A stretch of DNA of 48,703 nucleotides, taken from the NCBI GenBank assembly GCA_964639385.1, contig CAZXCW010000002.1, positions 1-48,703 on the forward strand. The letters are read 5' to 3'. The DNA is from an uncultured Nitrospiraceae bacterium. GTDB taxonomy: Bacteria; Nitrospirota; Thermodesulfovibrionia; Thermodesulfovibrionales; SM23-35. Below the pieces are notes generated by a model, which was not told where the DNA came from, made no database searches, and worked only from the letters and a program-made list of their open reading frames with translations. Below are positions 1-7,751 of this stretch, one piece after another (the stretch's first letter is position 1; the number at the start of each line of letters is the position of its first letter). A program made the translations under genes and the position numbers.

Positions 1-22
1 CTAAACATCGCTCCTCTTTGAT

Positions 23-178
23 TTATTCTTTTTCTTTTGTTACAAATTTCTCAGTCTCCTTGTCAAACTTCTCGTTACATCCCTTCGCACAGAAATAATA
101 CGTCCTTCCTTTGTAAACACTCGTCGCTGCTGCCTTTTTCTCATCTACTGTCATATTACATACAGGGTCTTTTGCCAT
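23..178 (-). CDS. YHS/TRASH-domain small metal-binding protein (51 aa, below the ORF-track size cutoff)
   Basis: My own minus-strand translation is MAKDPVCNMTVDEKKAAATSVYKGRTYYFCAKGCNEKFDKETEKFVTKEKE*. The DPVCxM...YYFC..GC pattern is typical of YHS domains. GGAGGTG lies 6 nt upstream of the ATG at 178..176, and the TAA stop is at 25..23. An ATG at 8..6 preceded by AGAGGAG may start a further minus-strand gene that runs off the window. Confidence 0.7.
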   Translation of the reverse strand: MAKDPVCNMTVDEKKAAATSVYKGRTYYFCAKGCNEKFDKETEKFVTKEKE

Positions 179-229
179 CGAACTCACCTCCTTTTTCTAA
201 CCAACCTTAAGCAAACAAAACAATCGCTG

Positions 230-354
230 ATGGCGGATGTAGTATTTGAGCGGATTTTTTTGCTGATAGTCCAATGAAAATATTCCAATATAAAGAGGCA
301 AAAACCTCGGAGGTCGGAACGACCGAGAATGAGCGAAGATACTGCATCCGCCAT
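230..354 (+). repeat. Structured intergenic repeat, copy A (~125 nt; closing stem + two internal hairpins)
   Basis: ATGGCGGATGTAGTAT (230..245) pairs with ATACTGCATCCGCCAT (339..354). It shares the blocks AGTATTTGAGCGG and GAGAATGAGCGAA with copies at 4993..5123 and 23711..23833. Confidence 0.75.
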
Positions 355-377
355 AGGTTTCACGAATAATTAAGTAA

Positions 378-1625
378 TTATTTTTTCTTTGCCCTTTGTT
401 TGCTTTGAAGCTCTTTAGCCTTTTCTTTAATCCATGACAGGCTTCGCTGCATCTCGCTCCAGCCATACCAAAATGCATAATCAGGATTTGCATGAAATGC
501 CCCCTGGAATGTTCTCATACGGTATTCAAGGAACATAATGAAAAGTTTTTGTTCAATCACTGTTGGGGCATCAGTGAATGTAAGCAGGTCAGGAAATGCA
601 TAAGCATAGCTTTTCGGTTTTTTAATTGTACCGTCTTTGTATAGGTTCGCAACAATACGAATTGCCCCAGCCATTAAATGATCTGCCTCTTTAATCATCT
701 GGTCGCCTTTTTTTAACTCTGCTTTTGCAAAATTGACGGAATGACACTGATTGCAGGTCTTCACCATTTTATCCCTTTCTTTCTGCCAATCTTCCTGTGT
801 CAGACGGGCTAAATCTGCGGCCTTAACAACATCAAGCCGTGCCGTTGGTTTCCCTTTAGGATCAAGCACGCCGAGCCCTTGAAGAATGGTAACACGGTCC
901 GCAGCCCACTGTTTGTCCTCGGGCATCGGGAGTCTTACTGCAAGAAATCCCCATGCTGTTCTATTAGCATGGTTCCCCTCCTGCATGTGGCAAGTCTGAC
1001 ATGTCGGTGCAGCAACCGTTTCAGGAAGAGTTCCGATCTGCTTCAGCAGATATCGAACACCGTGCTTAGAAGCGGAATACATCTCCCACTGTGGATGATC
1101 AATTCCCATGTGGCAGGTCCGGCAGGACTGTGGTTGACTGGCTTCTTTAATGGAAAATGCATGCCTTGTATGGCACGCATCGCATGAAGCAAGACCAAAA
1201 CCTCCGTCATCCTTTTTCAATTCTTTAATATCTGCCTCAGTCTTTAACCCAATTTTGTGACATCCACCACAGCCTTTCAATCCCTCCATCAATGCCATAG
1301 GTTGCCAATGAGCTGTTGGCATGGCTTTCATAGCAGCCCATGCAAGAGCATGCTTTCCAGACTTGAATTGTTGAACTTGTGCAGCGTGGCACACGGCACA
1401 GGTATCAGGTGTTGGAATTTTCACCTTTGCGACATCTTGAGCCGATTGGTGTTGATCGCCATGACATGATGAGCAGGCAACTCCGGCCTTGCTGTGCTTA
1501 CTGAGTTGCCAGTCATAGACAATACGTGGAGTAATATCCTTGTGACAATCGATACATACCTGCGCTGATGCAATGGAAACAAGAAAAAGACTTACGATAG
1601 AAACAATTATTATCCTGTAAACCAT
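378..1625 (-). CDS. Secreted octaheme c-type cytochrome, hydroxylamine-oxidoreductase (HAO)-like/octaheme reductase family
   Basis: Eight CxxCH motifs: CIDCH, CSSCH, CAVCH, CGGCH, CDACH, CRTCH, CQTCH, CNQCH. I moved the start to the internal ATG at 1625 (MVYRIIIVSIVSLFLVSIASAQV, a signal peptide) because AAGGAGGTG sits 4 nt upstream. The track's longer start at 1709 overlaps the upstream gene. The family call beyond 'octaheme' is by size and heme count only. Confidence 0.8.
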   Translation of the reverse strand: MVYRIIIVSIVSLFLVSIASAQVCIDCHKDITPRIVYDWQLSKHSKAGVACSSCHGDQHQSAQDVAKVKIPTPDTCAVCHAAQVQQFKSGKHALAWAAMKAMPTAHWQPMALMEGLKGCGGCHKIGLKTEADIKELKKDDGGFGLASCDACHTRHAFSIKEASQPQSCRTCHMGIDHPQWEMYSASKHGVRYLLKQIGTLPETVAAPTCQTCHMQEGNHANRTAWGFLAVRLPMPEDKQWAADRVTILQGLGVLDPKGKPTARLDVVKAADLARLTQEDWQKERDKMVKTCNQCHSVNFAKAELKKGDQMIKEADHLMAGAIRIVANLYKDGTIKKPKSYAYAFPDLLTFTDAPTVIEQKLFIMFLEYRMRTFQGAFHANPDYAFWYGWSEMQRSLSWIKEKAKELQSKQRAKKK

Positions 1626-1695
1626 AAGCACCTCCTTAGTTTTAATACAATTTAATACAAATGGTGCATCCTGATCAAAATGATTCATTCTTATT

Positions 1696-2346
1696 TTACT
1701 TTTTTTCAACTTCCATCACCTTCTCAACAAACAGGGGTTCTGGCAAAGAACCCTCAAACCGAATATCCTCATTGATGATCATCTTTGGCACACTGAAAAC
1801 ATCATACTTATTGACCAAATGAGGGAATTCTGTGGACTCGATCATATCTGCACGAATAAGGTCGCTTTCGATAGCCAGTTTGTGACCCATGCGAACTGCA
1901 TGGGCGCAATACGGTCAGGTCAGACTCACAAAAATTTGAATGTGAACCGGCCTCCTTAGATTCTTCAGTCTTTTTTTAGTTTCCTCACTCAAATCAGAGT
2001 TAGCTCTGGAAACATCAAGGATATCCTCAATGAGAGAACTAAACTCATACCCGGAGGGAATACCGAAGTAGCGGATACCGTAGTCCTTTGCACCTTCCAC
2101 AACAATGGCAGGAATCTTGTCAATTTCGTACTGTTTCACCTTTTCAACATCCTTCTGAAAGTCATAAACTTCAAGCATAACTCTATCGGAAAATTTAACA
2201 AGCTCGTTCAAAAGCTCTCTTGCATATTTGCAATGAGGACATTCAAATGCCTGGGTAAAGAAAAGGAGTCTAACCTTCTGTGGAAGTTTTCTAAATTCTT
2301 CCTTCACAAAATTTTTAACATCTTCTGGTATCTGTACCATATCCAT
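1696..2346 (-). CDS. Protein-disulfide oxidoreductase / glutaredoxin-like two-domain thioredoxin-fold protein, predicted selenoprotein (in-frame UGA at 1917..1915)
   Basis: ORFs 1915..2346 and 1696..1890 are in the same frame, separated by TGA plus 8 sense codons. Read-through gives ...IFVSLT-U-PYC-AHAVRMGHKLAIES... The N-unit carries CPHC and the C-unit would carry UPYC. The fused length of ~216 aa fits this family. There is no SD before the ATG of the 64-aa ORF. A hairpin lies 9 nt after the UGA. Confidence 0.7.
1885..1905 (-). promoter_or_regulatory. SECIS-like stem-loop downstream of the in-frame UGA
   Basis: The mRNA reads GCCCAUGC-AGUUC-GCAUGGGU, with 7 Watson-Crick pairs plus a terminal G-U and a 5-nt loop containing GU. 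It starts 9 nt 3' of the UGA. Confidence 0.5.
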
Positions 2347-2363
2347 ATCATGCTCTCCTTACG

Positions 2364-3308
2364 TCAATAAGTGTCTGTTGCCTGTGCCGTCCAAAAACCC
2401 TCCATAATTAGATAATCATAGGCAGAAAGAGCTGCCTTCGCCCCTTCGCCGCAAGCAACTATAATTTGCTTGGCAGACACAGTTGTAACATCACCTGCTG
2501 CAAAGATGCCAGGCATATTGGTTCTGCAATAACAATCGACTATAATTTCCCTGTGTTTGTTGAGATGAACAACATCTCCGACAAACTCGGAATTAGGTAT
2601 CAGGCCGATTTCTACGAACATCCCTTCAATAGCGATCTCTTTTACCTCACCATTTTCCCTGTTTTTTATAACAATACCCGTCACCCTTTTTTCACCAAGT
2701 ACTTTAATAACTTCCCATTCAAGATAGGTCAGTACTTTTTCTGAATTCTTAATCCTTTCAAGCAGAATGGGATCAGCCTGCCAGGCAGGAGCAAAATTAA
2801 CTATTGAGATTTTTGTTGCTATAGGTAACAAGTCTATCACCGCCTGCACCGCTGAATTTCCGCCTCCAATCACTGCCACTTCACGACCACCAAAAAGTGG
2901 GGCATCACAGGTCGAGCAGTAGCTTATGCCGCGGCCTGCCAATTCCTTCTCCCCGGGTACTCCCAGAGGCCGAGAACGTTTTCCCGTGGCAATGATCACC
3001 GCTCTCGCTTGATATGTGTGTACATCCGTTGAAATTTCAAATGCCTTTTCCAGAACTTTAATGCCTGTTACGCTTTCTCCAATGCGTTTGTCCACCTCCC
3101 CAAAATGACTAAAATTCTTGTAAAAGCGATCAGTTAGCTCCGCGCCGGTAATCTGTTGAAACCCGATATAGTTTTCTATTTCAGTAGTAAGCATCATCTG
3201 ACCGCCAATATCCTTGGCTAACAGGAAAGTATTCAGCTTCTTTCGCGCCGCATATAGCGCTGCAGTCATTGCAGCAGGGCCACCACCTAAAATAGCCAGA
3301 TTGTACAT
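2364..3308 (-). CDS. trxB: Thioredoxin-disulfide reductase (low-Mr type)
   Basis: The N-terminal GGGPAAMTAALYAARK is an FAD motif, CSTCD is the redox-active CxxC, and GGGNSAVQ is the NADPH motif. The length is 314 aa. Confidence 0.92.
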   Translation of the reverse strand: MYNLAILGGGPAAMTAALYAARKKLNTFLLAKDIGGQMMLTTEIENYIGFQQITGAELTDRFYKNFSHFGEVDKRIGESVTGIKVLEKAFEISTDVHTYQARAVIIATGKRSRPLGVPGEKELAGRGISYCSTCDAPLFGGREVAVIGGGNSAVQAVIDLLPIATKISIVNFAPAWQADPILLERIKNSEKVLTYLEWEVIKVLGEKRVTGIVIKNRENGEVKEIAIEGMFVEIGLIPNSEFVGDVVHLNKHREIIVDCYCRTNMPGIFAAGDVTTVSAKQIIVACGEGAKAALSAYDYLIMEGFWTAQATDTY

Positions 3309-3380
3309 CTCATATCTTCCCTCTTCTATAAGATTTTGTAAGATGGGAACCGCTCATAAGACGAATTTTCGATAAAACCT

Positions 3381-3546
3381 TTAACCCAAATAATGCAGAC
3401 ATTGTTCAAAAATTTATCTAACTCGATGATTTATTGGGAATATCTTTATTGGTTATATCCGTAAAAATATTCCATAAACCATCAGTTAAAGGTATACTAA
3501 GGTATCGAAAAATAAATTTTTTCACAACATCTGCATTATATAAATG
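3381..3546. mobile_element. MITE-like element bounded by ~35-nt terminal inverted repeats (AATAATGCAGAYRTTGTnnAAAAATTTAT)
   Basis: The left end at 3381..3418 is TTAACCCAAATAATGCAGACATTGTTCAAAAATTTATC. The right end at 3507..3546 is its imperfect reverse complement (...ATAAATTTTTTCACAACATCTGCATTATAT). There is no coding capacity. Confidence 0.5.
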
Positions 3547-3789
3547 CATTTTTTAGATTAATGGATTTTGCTCATAGCTACTATAGTACTCAAAAAACAT
3601 ACACATTTACACCAGATTGTTCATAAAACTTAGCAGCAGATATAGTGGTCGAACGGATTTAAATTTGCCACTTTTTCATGACATATGAATCCACTATACT
3701 TGTAGACCAAAAAGAAAGGTATCAGTGAATGTCTGATTTTTTCGTAGGATTTTTACCAATTATGGTATCCGTATTTTTCCTACACGGAA

Positions 3790-4170
3790 TTATGTACTGT
3801 ACTCCAGCCAATGCCACCATTGCCTTAAATCTTTGCAACGCCTCTCAGCATCTAAGGACACGATAAATATACCATCTAATTTGACCTTTGTTTTTGAAGA
3901 AATATGGACAAAGGATGCCCACCAATGAGCAATACCAATATCCTGAGTGACTGCAAGAACTTCATAGTTAAACTGAATCTGTTCCTGAGAGTGCATAATA
4001 TTTAATAAGAAGTAATCACGGATCGCTGAATTACCGCATATGGGTTCACTGAAAGGGTTTGCATGATACGTGGCATTATCTGTGAAAAGACCTTCAAATG
4101 ACTGGGTATCTCGACTTTCCCACGCACGTCCATACGAATCAAGCCAAGATCTAAATATCTCAAGATTCAT
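3790..4170 (-). CDS. NTF2/SnoaL-like fold protein (function unknown)
   Basis: The 126-aa ORF has N-terminal ...WLDSYGRAWESRDTQSFEGLFTDNATYHANPF, which is typical of SnoaL/DUF4440-type NTF2-like proteins. It lies directly downstream of rnc. Confidence 0.55.
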   Translation of the reverse strand: MNLEIFRSWLDSYGRAWESRDTQSFEGLFTDNATYHANPFSEPICGNSAIRDYFLLNIMHSQEQIQFNYEVLAVTQDIGIAHWWASFVHISSKTKVKLDGIFIVSLDAERRCKDLRQWWHWLEYST

Positions 4171-4184
4171 AATACACCCCTCCT

Positions 4185-4898
4185 TTAGGACATTGCGCTT
4201 TGATCACTGTATGAAAGAAGACGTGAAAGTGCCTCTTTGGCAGCAAAGGCCTGCGCTTCTTTTTTACTTTTTCCTGTACCCTTGCCAAACTTTTTCCCGG
4301 TTATAAAGACTTCAATCGTAAAAATTTTTTTGTGTTCCTCTCCTTCCTGTTTTATAACTCTGTAATCAGGTAGTGTACCGAATAAGAGTTGCGTTTTTTC
4401 TTGAAGTTCTGTCTTAAAATCATGGAGTTCATTAGAATGCATGATAACATCTATCTTTTCCCTGAACAACCTTAGTATAAGTTCTCTAACTTTTTTGTAA
4501 CCGCCGTCTAAGTAAACTGCTCCCAAAAAGGCTTCAACAGCATCTGCCAGAAGCGATTTTTTAGACCTGCCACCACTGGCCTCCTCGCCCTTTCCAAGCC
4601 TGAGATATCTTCCTAAAGATATAGAGTTAGCAACCTCAGAAAGGACAGATTCTTTTACGAGATAGGATTTAGTCTTAGCCATAACTGATTCTGTGAATTT
4701 TTTATCTAAAAAAAAGAGATACTCGACGATTACGAATCCGAGTATAGAATCGCCAAGAAATTCCAGCCTTTCATTATGGTCAGCTGATTTATCAGGATTT
4801 TCATGATAGAAAGACCTGTGTGTCAGAGCCTCTATGAGAAGGGCCTTATTTTTAAAAATGTAACCAAAATGTTTTTCTAATTCAGCAATATTTTCCAA
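4185..4898 (-). CDS. rnc: Ribonuclease III
   Basis: It has the ERLEFLGDSILG signature, a C-terminal dsRBD (GKGTGKSKKEAQAFAAKEAL), and a length of 237 aa. Confidence 0.95.
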   Translation of the reverse strand: MENIAELEKHFGYIFKNKALLIEALTHRSFYHENPDKSADHNERLEFLGDSILGFVIVEYLFFLDKKFTESVMAKTKSYLVKESVLSEVANSISLGRYLRLGKGEEASGGRSKKSLLADAVEAFLGAVYLDGGYKKVRELILRLFREKIDVIMHSNELHDFKTELQEKTQLLFGTLPDYRVIKQEGEEHKKIFTIEVFITGKKFGKGTGKSKKEAQAFAAKEALSRLLSYSDQSAMS

Positions 4899-4911
4899 TT
4901 TAAATTAGTTT

Positions 4912-5172
4912 ATCCCAAATAATGCAGATGTTGTGGAAAAATTTATTTTTTGATACCTTAGTGTACTTCTATTCATAAATACCTGTAGAGATAGCAAGGC
5001 ATAGTATTTGAGCGGTTTCTTTTGCCGATAGTCCATTAAAATACTCCAATATAAAGAAGCAAAAGCCTCGGAGGCCCTGACAAAGCTCGGGGGCGAGAAT
5101 GAGCGAAAATACTATGTCCTGCTTAAATACCGTTGTTCATAATAATTTAAAATAAATTCTTGAACAATGTCT
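4912..5172. mobile_element. Composite MITE-like element: same TIR family as 3381..3546, carrying structured repeat copy B
   Basis: The left TIR at 4912..4966 is ATCCCAAATAATGCAGATGTTGTGGAAAAATTTATTTTTTGATACCTTAGTGTAC. The right TIR at 5149..5172 is AAATAAATTCTTGAACAATGTCTA, a truncated reverse complement that abuts the fabF stop. Confidence 0.5.
4993..5123 (+). repeat. Structured intergenic repeat, copy B
   Basis: AGCAAGGCATAGTAT pairs with ATACTATGTCCTGCT. It contains the conserved AGTATTTGAGCGG and GAGAATGAGCGAA blocks. By eye it matches copy A at most positions over its full length. Confidence 0.75.
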
Positions 5173-6415
5173 AAATCTCGAGTTTTTTAAACAGGAGGCA
5201 GGCATTGGTTCCACCAAATCCAAAAGAATTAGATAAGGCATAATTAATCATCATTTTTCTTGCTTTATGAGGAATGAAATCAAGGTCACATTCAGGATCT
5301 GGATTGTCGAGATTTATTGTTGGGGGTGCCATATCATTATAAATACTGAGAACACTGATAACGGCCTCAACACCTCCTGCGGCACCCAGTAAATGTCCCA
5401 TCATGGATTTTGTCGAGCTGATTGCAACTTTATAGGCATGTTCTCCAAATACTGTCTTGATAGCTTGACTTTCAAGCTCATCTCCAGATTTTGTTGAAGT
5501 ACCATGTGCATTTATGTAGCTAACCTTTGAAGGGTCAACTCCTCCATCCTTTAATGCCACTGCCATGCATCTTGCAGCACCCTCACCGCTAGGAGAAGGG
5601 GAAGTAATATGATATGCATCAGCTGTCATACCATATCCGACTAACTCAGCATATATCTTTGCACCTCTATCAAGAGCGTTCTGAAGACTCTCAAGTATTA
5701 TTATACCTGCGCCCTCTCCTATTACAAATCCATCTCTATTTATATCAAAAGGTCTGCTTGCTTTTTCTGGCTCATCATTTCTTGTAGAAATGGCCTTCAT
5801 TGCATTAAATCCTCCTACTCCCATAGGTGTTATCACTGCTTCTGTACCCCCAGCTATCATGGCATCTGCATCACCCCTCTGAATTATCTTAAAGGCATCT
5901 CCAATCGAGTGACTTCCTGTAGCGCATGCAGTAGCTACTGCAGAGTTTGGCCCTTTGGCATTAAATTTTATGGATATCTGACCTGACGCAAGATTTATGG
6001 ATAACATCGGGACAAAAAAAGGTGTTATTCTTTTAGGCCCCTTCTCAAGGTAAATAGAGTGGTAGTATTCAATTGCGTGCAGGCCTCCCATGCCTGAACC
6101 AACAATAACACCTATTCTCCCTGCATTCCTGTCTGTTATCTTTAGACTAGAGTCATCAATAGCCATTGCTGTTGCGGCAAGAGAAAAATGTATAAAACGG
6201 TCCATCTTTTTAATTTCTTTAGGCTCTATGAAATCTTCAGGATTAAAACCTTTAACCTCTCCAGCTATCTGTGTAGGAAAGGCAGAGGCATCAAAAGAAG
6301 TTATCTTTTCAATACCAGATTTGCCATTGAGAAGATTTCCCCATGTAGTCTTTACACCTATACCGAGAGGTGTCACAAGACCAACACCTGTTACGACAAC
6401 TCTTTTCCTATCCAT
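5171..6415 (-). CDS. fabF: 3-oxoacyl-ACP synthase II
   Basis: A 414-aa KAS II protein with active-site context [19 protein letters not shown] and a C-terminal [11 protein letters not shown]. The start overlaps the acpP stop (TAATG). Confidence 0.95.
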   Translation of the reverse strand: MDRKRVVVTGVGLVTPLGIGVKTTWGNLLNGKSGIEKITSFDASAFPTQIAGEVKGFNPEDFIEPKEIKKMDRFIHFSLAATAMAIDDSSLKITDRNAGRIGVIVGSGMGGLHAIEYYHSIYLEKGPKRITPFFVPMLSINLASGQISIKFNAKGPNSAVATACATGSHSIGDAFKIIQRGDADAMIAGGTEAVITPMGVGGFNAMKAISTRNDEPEKASRPFDINRDGFVIGEGAGIIILESLQNALDRGAKIYAELVGYGMTADAYHITSPSPSGEGAARCMAVALKDGGVDPSKVSYINAHGTSTKSGDELESQAIKTVFGEHAYKVAISSTKSMMGHLLGAAGGVEAVISVLSIYNDMAPPTINLDNPDPECDLDFIPHKARKMMINYALSNSFGFGGTNACLLFKKLEI

Positions 6416-6651
6416 TATGCAGAAGGCTTTTTCTTATCAATATATTCAATAGCATCCTTAACTTTTACGATCTTCTCTGCATCTTCATCAGGTATCTCTA
6501 TACCGAATGCCTCCTCAAATGCCATTACAAGCTCTACTGTATCTAATGAATCTGCACCAAGGTCTTCAACAAAAGATTTCTCGACTGTAATCTCTGCTGG
6601 GCTTACCCCGAGCTGCTTCGATATAATCTCTTTTACTCTCTCTTCTATCAT
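6415..6651 (-). CDS. acpP: Acyl carrier protein
   Basis: A 78-aa protein with the [20 protein letters not shown] phosphopantetheine-attachment motif. Confidence 0.95.
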   Translation of the reverse strand: MIEERVKEIISKQLGVSPAEITVEKSFVEDLGADSLDTVELVMAFEEAFGIEIPDEDAEKIVKVKDAIEYIDKKKPSA

Positions 6652-6733
6652 GAAAGCACCTCCATTCTTAAATTCAAAATCTAAAAAAATCCTTTTTCTT
6701 AATTTTAAATTTTTATTTTTATATTTTTATTTT

Positions 6734-7474
6734 TCACATATACATACCACCATTTACATGTACTACCTGACCAGTTATATAGCCTGAGTCAGGTGATGCA
6801 AGGAAAATAACAGCATTAGCCACATCTTCGGCTGTACCGAATCTTCCTAAAGGGATCAATTTATTTATCTCTACCTTTACATTCTCTGGTAGAACGTCTG
6901 TCATTGCAGTTTTAATAAAACCAGGCGCTACAGCATTCACTGTTATCCCCCTGCTTGCATATTCCTTTGCAATTGTCTTCGTAAGTCCGACTACCCCTGC
7001 CTTTGAGGCACTATAATTTGCTTGTCCTGGATTACCCATGAATGCTGCTACTGATGTGATATTAACGATCCTCCCATATCTCTGTTGAGACATCGCTTTT
7101 ATAGCCTCCTTGGAACAAAGAAAGACGCTCTTTAGATTTATATCAACAACAGAATCCCAATCTTCCTCTTTCATCCTGAGCAACAAGCTGTCTCTTGTTA
7201 TGCCGGCATTGTTTACTAATATATCTATCTTGTTAAATTCTTTGCGTATATCCTCAAATACCTTTTTGACCTCCTCTGAATTGGATACATCGAGTTTTAT
7301 CCCCATGGTCTTTACGCCGAATGCCGTCAATGCCGCTGCAACCTCATTAGCCTCATCATGATTTATATCTACAATAACTAAGTTAACATCCATTTTTGCA
7401 AGTTTTTCTGCAACTGCCTTACCAATACCACGCCCTCCCCCGGTAACTATTGCAACCTGACCTCTAAAATCCAC
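6734..7474 (-). CDS. fabG: 3-oxoacyl-ACP reductase
   Basis: An SDR protein with TGGGRGIG, NNAG and YSASKAG motifs. I trimmed the start to the GTG at 7474 (M-DFRGQVAIVTGG, as in canonical FabG N-termini), which has AAGGAGG 5 nt upstream. The track's start at 7543 adds 23 aa with no RBS. Confidence 0.9.
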   Translation of the reverse strand: MDFRGQVAIVTGGGRGIGKAVAEKLAKMDVNLVIVDINHDEANEVAAALTAFGVKTMGIKLDVSNSEEVKKVFEDIRKEFNKIDILVNNAGITRDSLLLRMKEEDWDSVVDINLKSVFLCSKEAIKAMSQQRYGRIVNITSVAAFMGNPGQANYSASKAGVVGLTKTIAKEYASRGITVNAVAPGFIKTAMTDVLPENVKVEINKLIPLGRFGTAEDVANAVIFLASPDSGYITGQVVHVNGGMYM

Positions 7475-7751
7475 ATAAGCCTCCTTTAAGATCGGCATTA
7501 ATTGTAACAAAGAGTTTTTATCTTTTCCAGTCCTCCTTCGCACATATGGATATGCACCTTATCACCTGCCTGTAAGTTTATATTGCTTCATCATAGCCAT
7601 CTAAAATAATTTATAAAACTCTTGTTGAATTCTCTTAAATAAATCTGTTATTTTTAATAACAAATGCTCGCCTTTTAGTATGTTAATTTTCAAGTAGTGG
7701 AGAATACACCTACTTTTAGGAGAAAGAGATTACTTAGGAGAAAAAGATTAT

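Noticed and set aside
197-493. 98-aa minus-strand ORF spanning the intergenic repeat and the 3' end of the cytochrome gene
   Set aside because: It overlaps the cytochrome CDS in another frame and otherwise translates structured-repeat copy A. It has no RBS, and the same repeat elsewhere is not in an ORF.
378-1709. The longer 443-aa version of the cytochrome ORF starting at 1709
   Set aside because: The extra 28 aa precede the signal peptide, overlap the upstream gene's stop and lack an RBS. The internal ATG at 1625 has AAGGAGGTG upstream.
6188-6787. 199-aa plus-strand ORF antisense to fabF, acpP and fabG
   Set aside because: It is entirely antisense to three strongly supported genes. Its composition is low-complexity (S/I/F-rich), typical of the reverse frame of AT-rich coding DNA.
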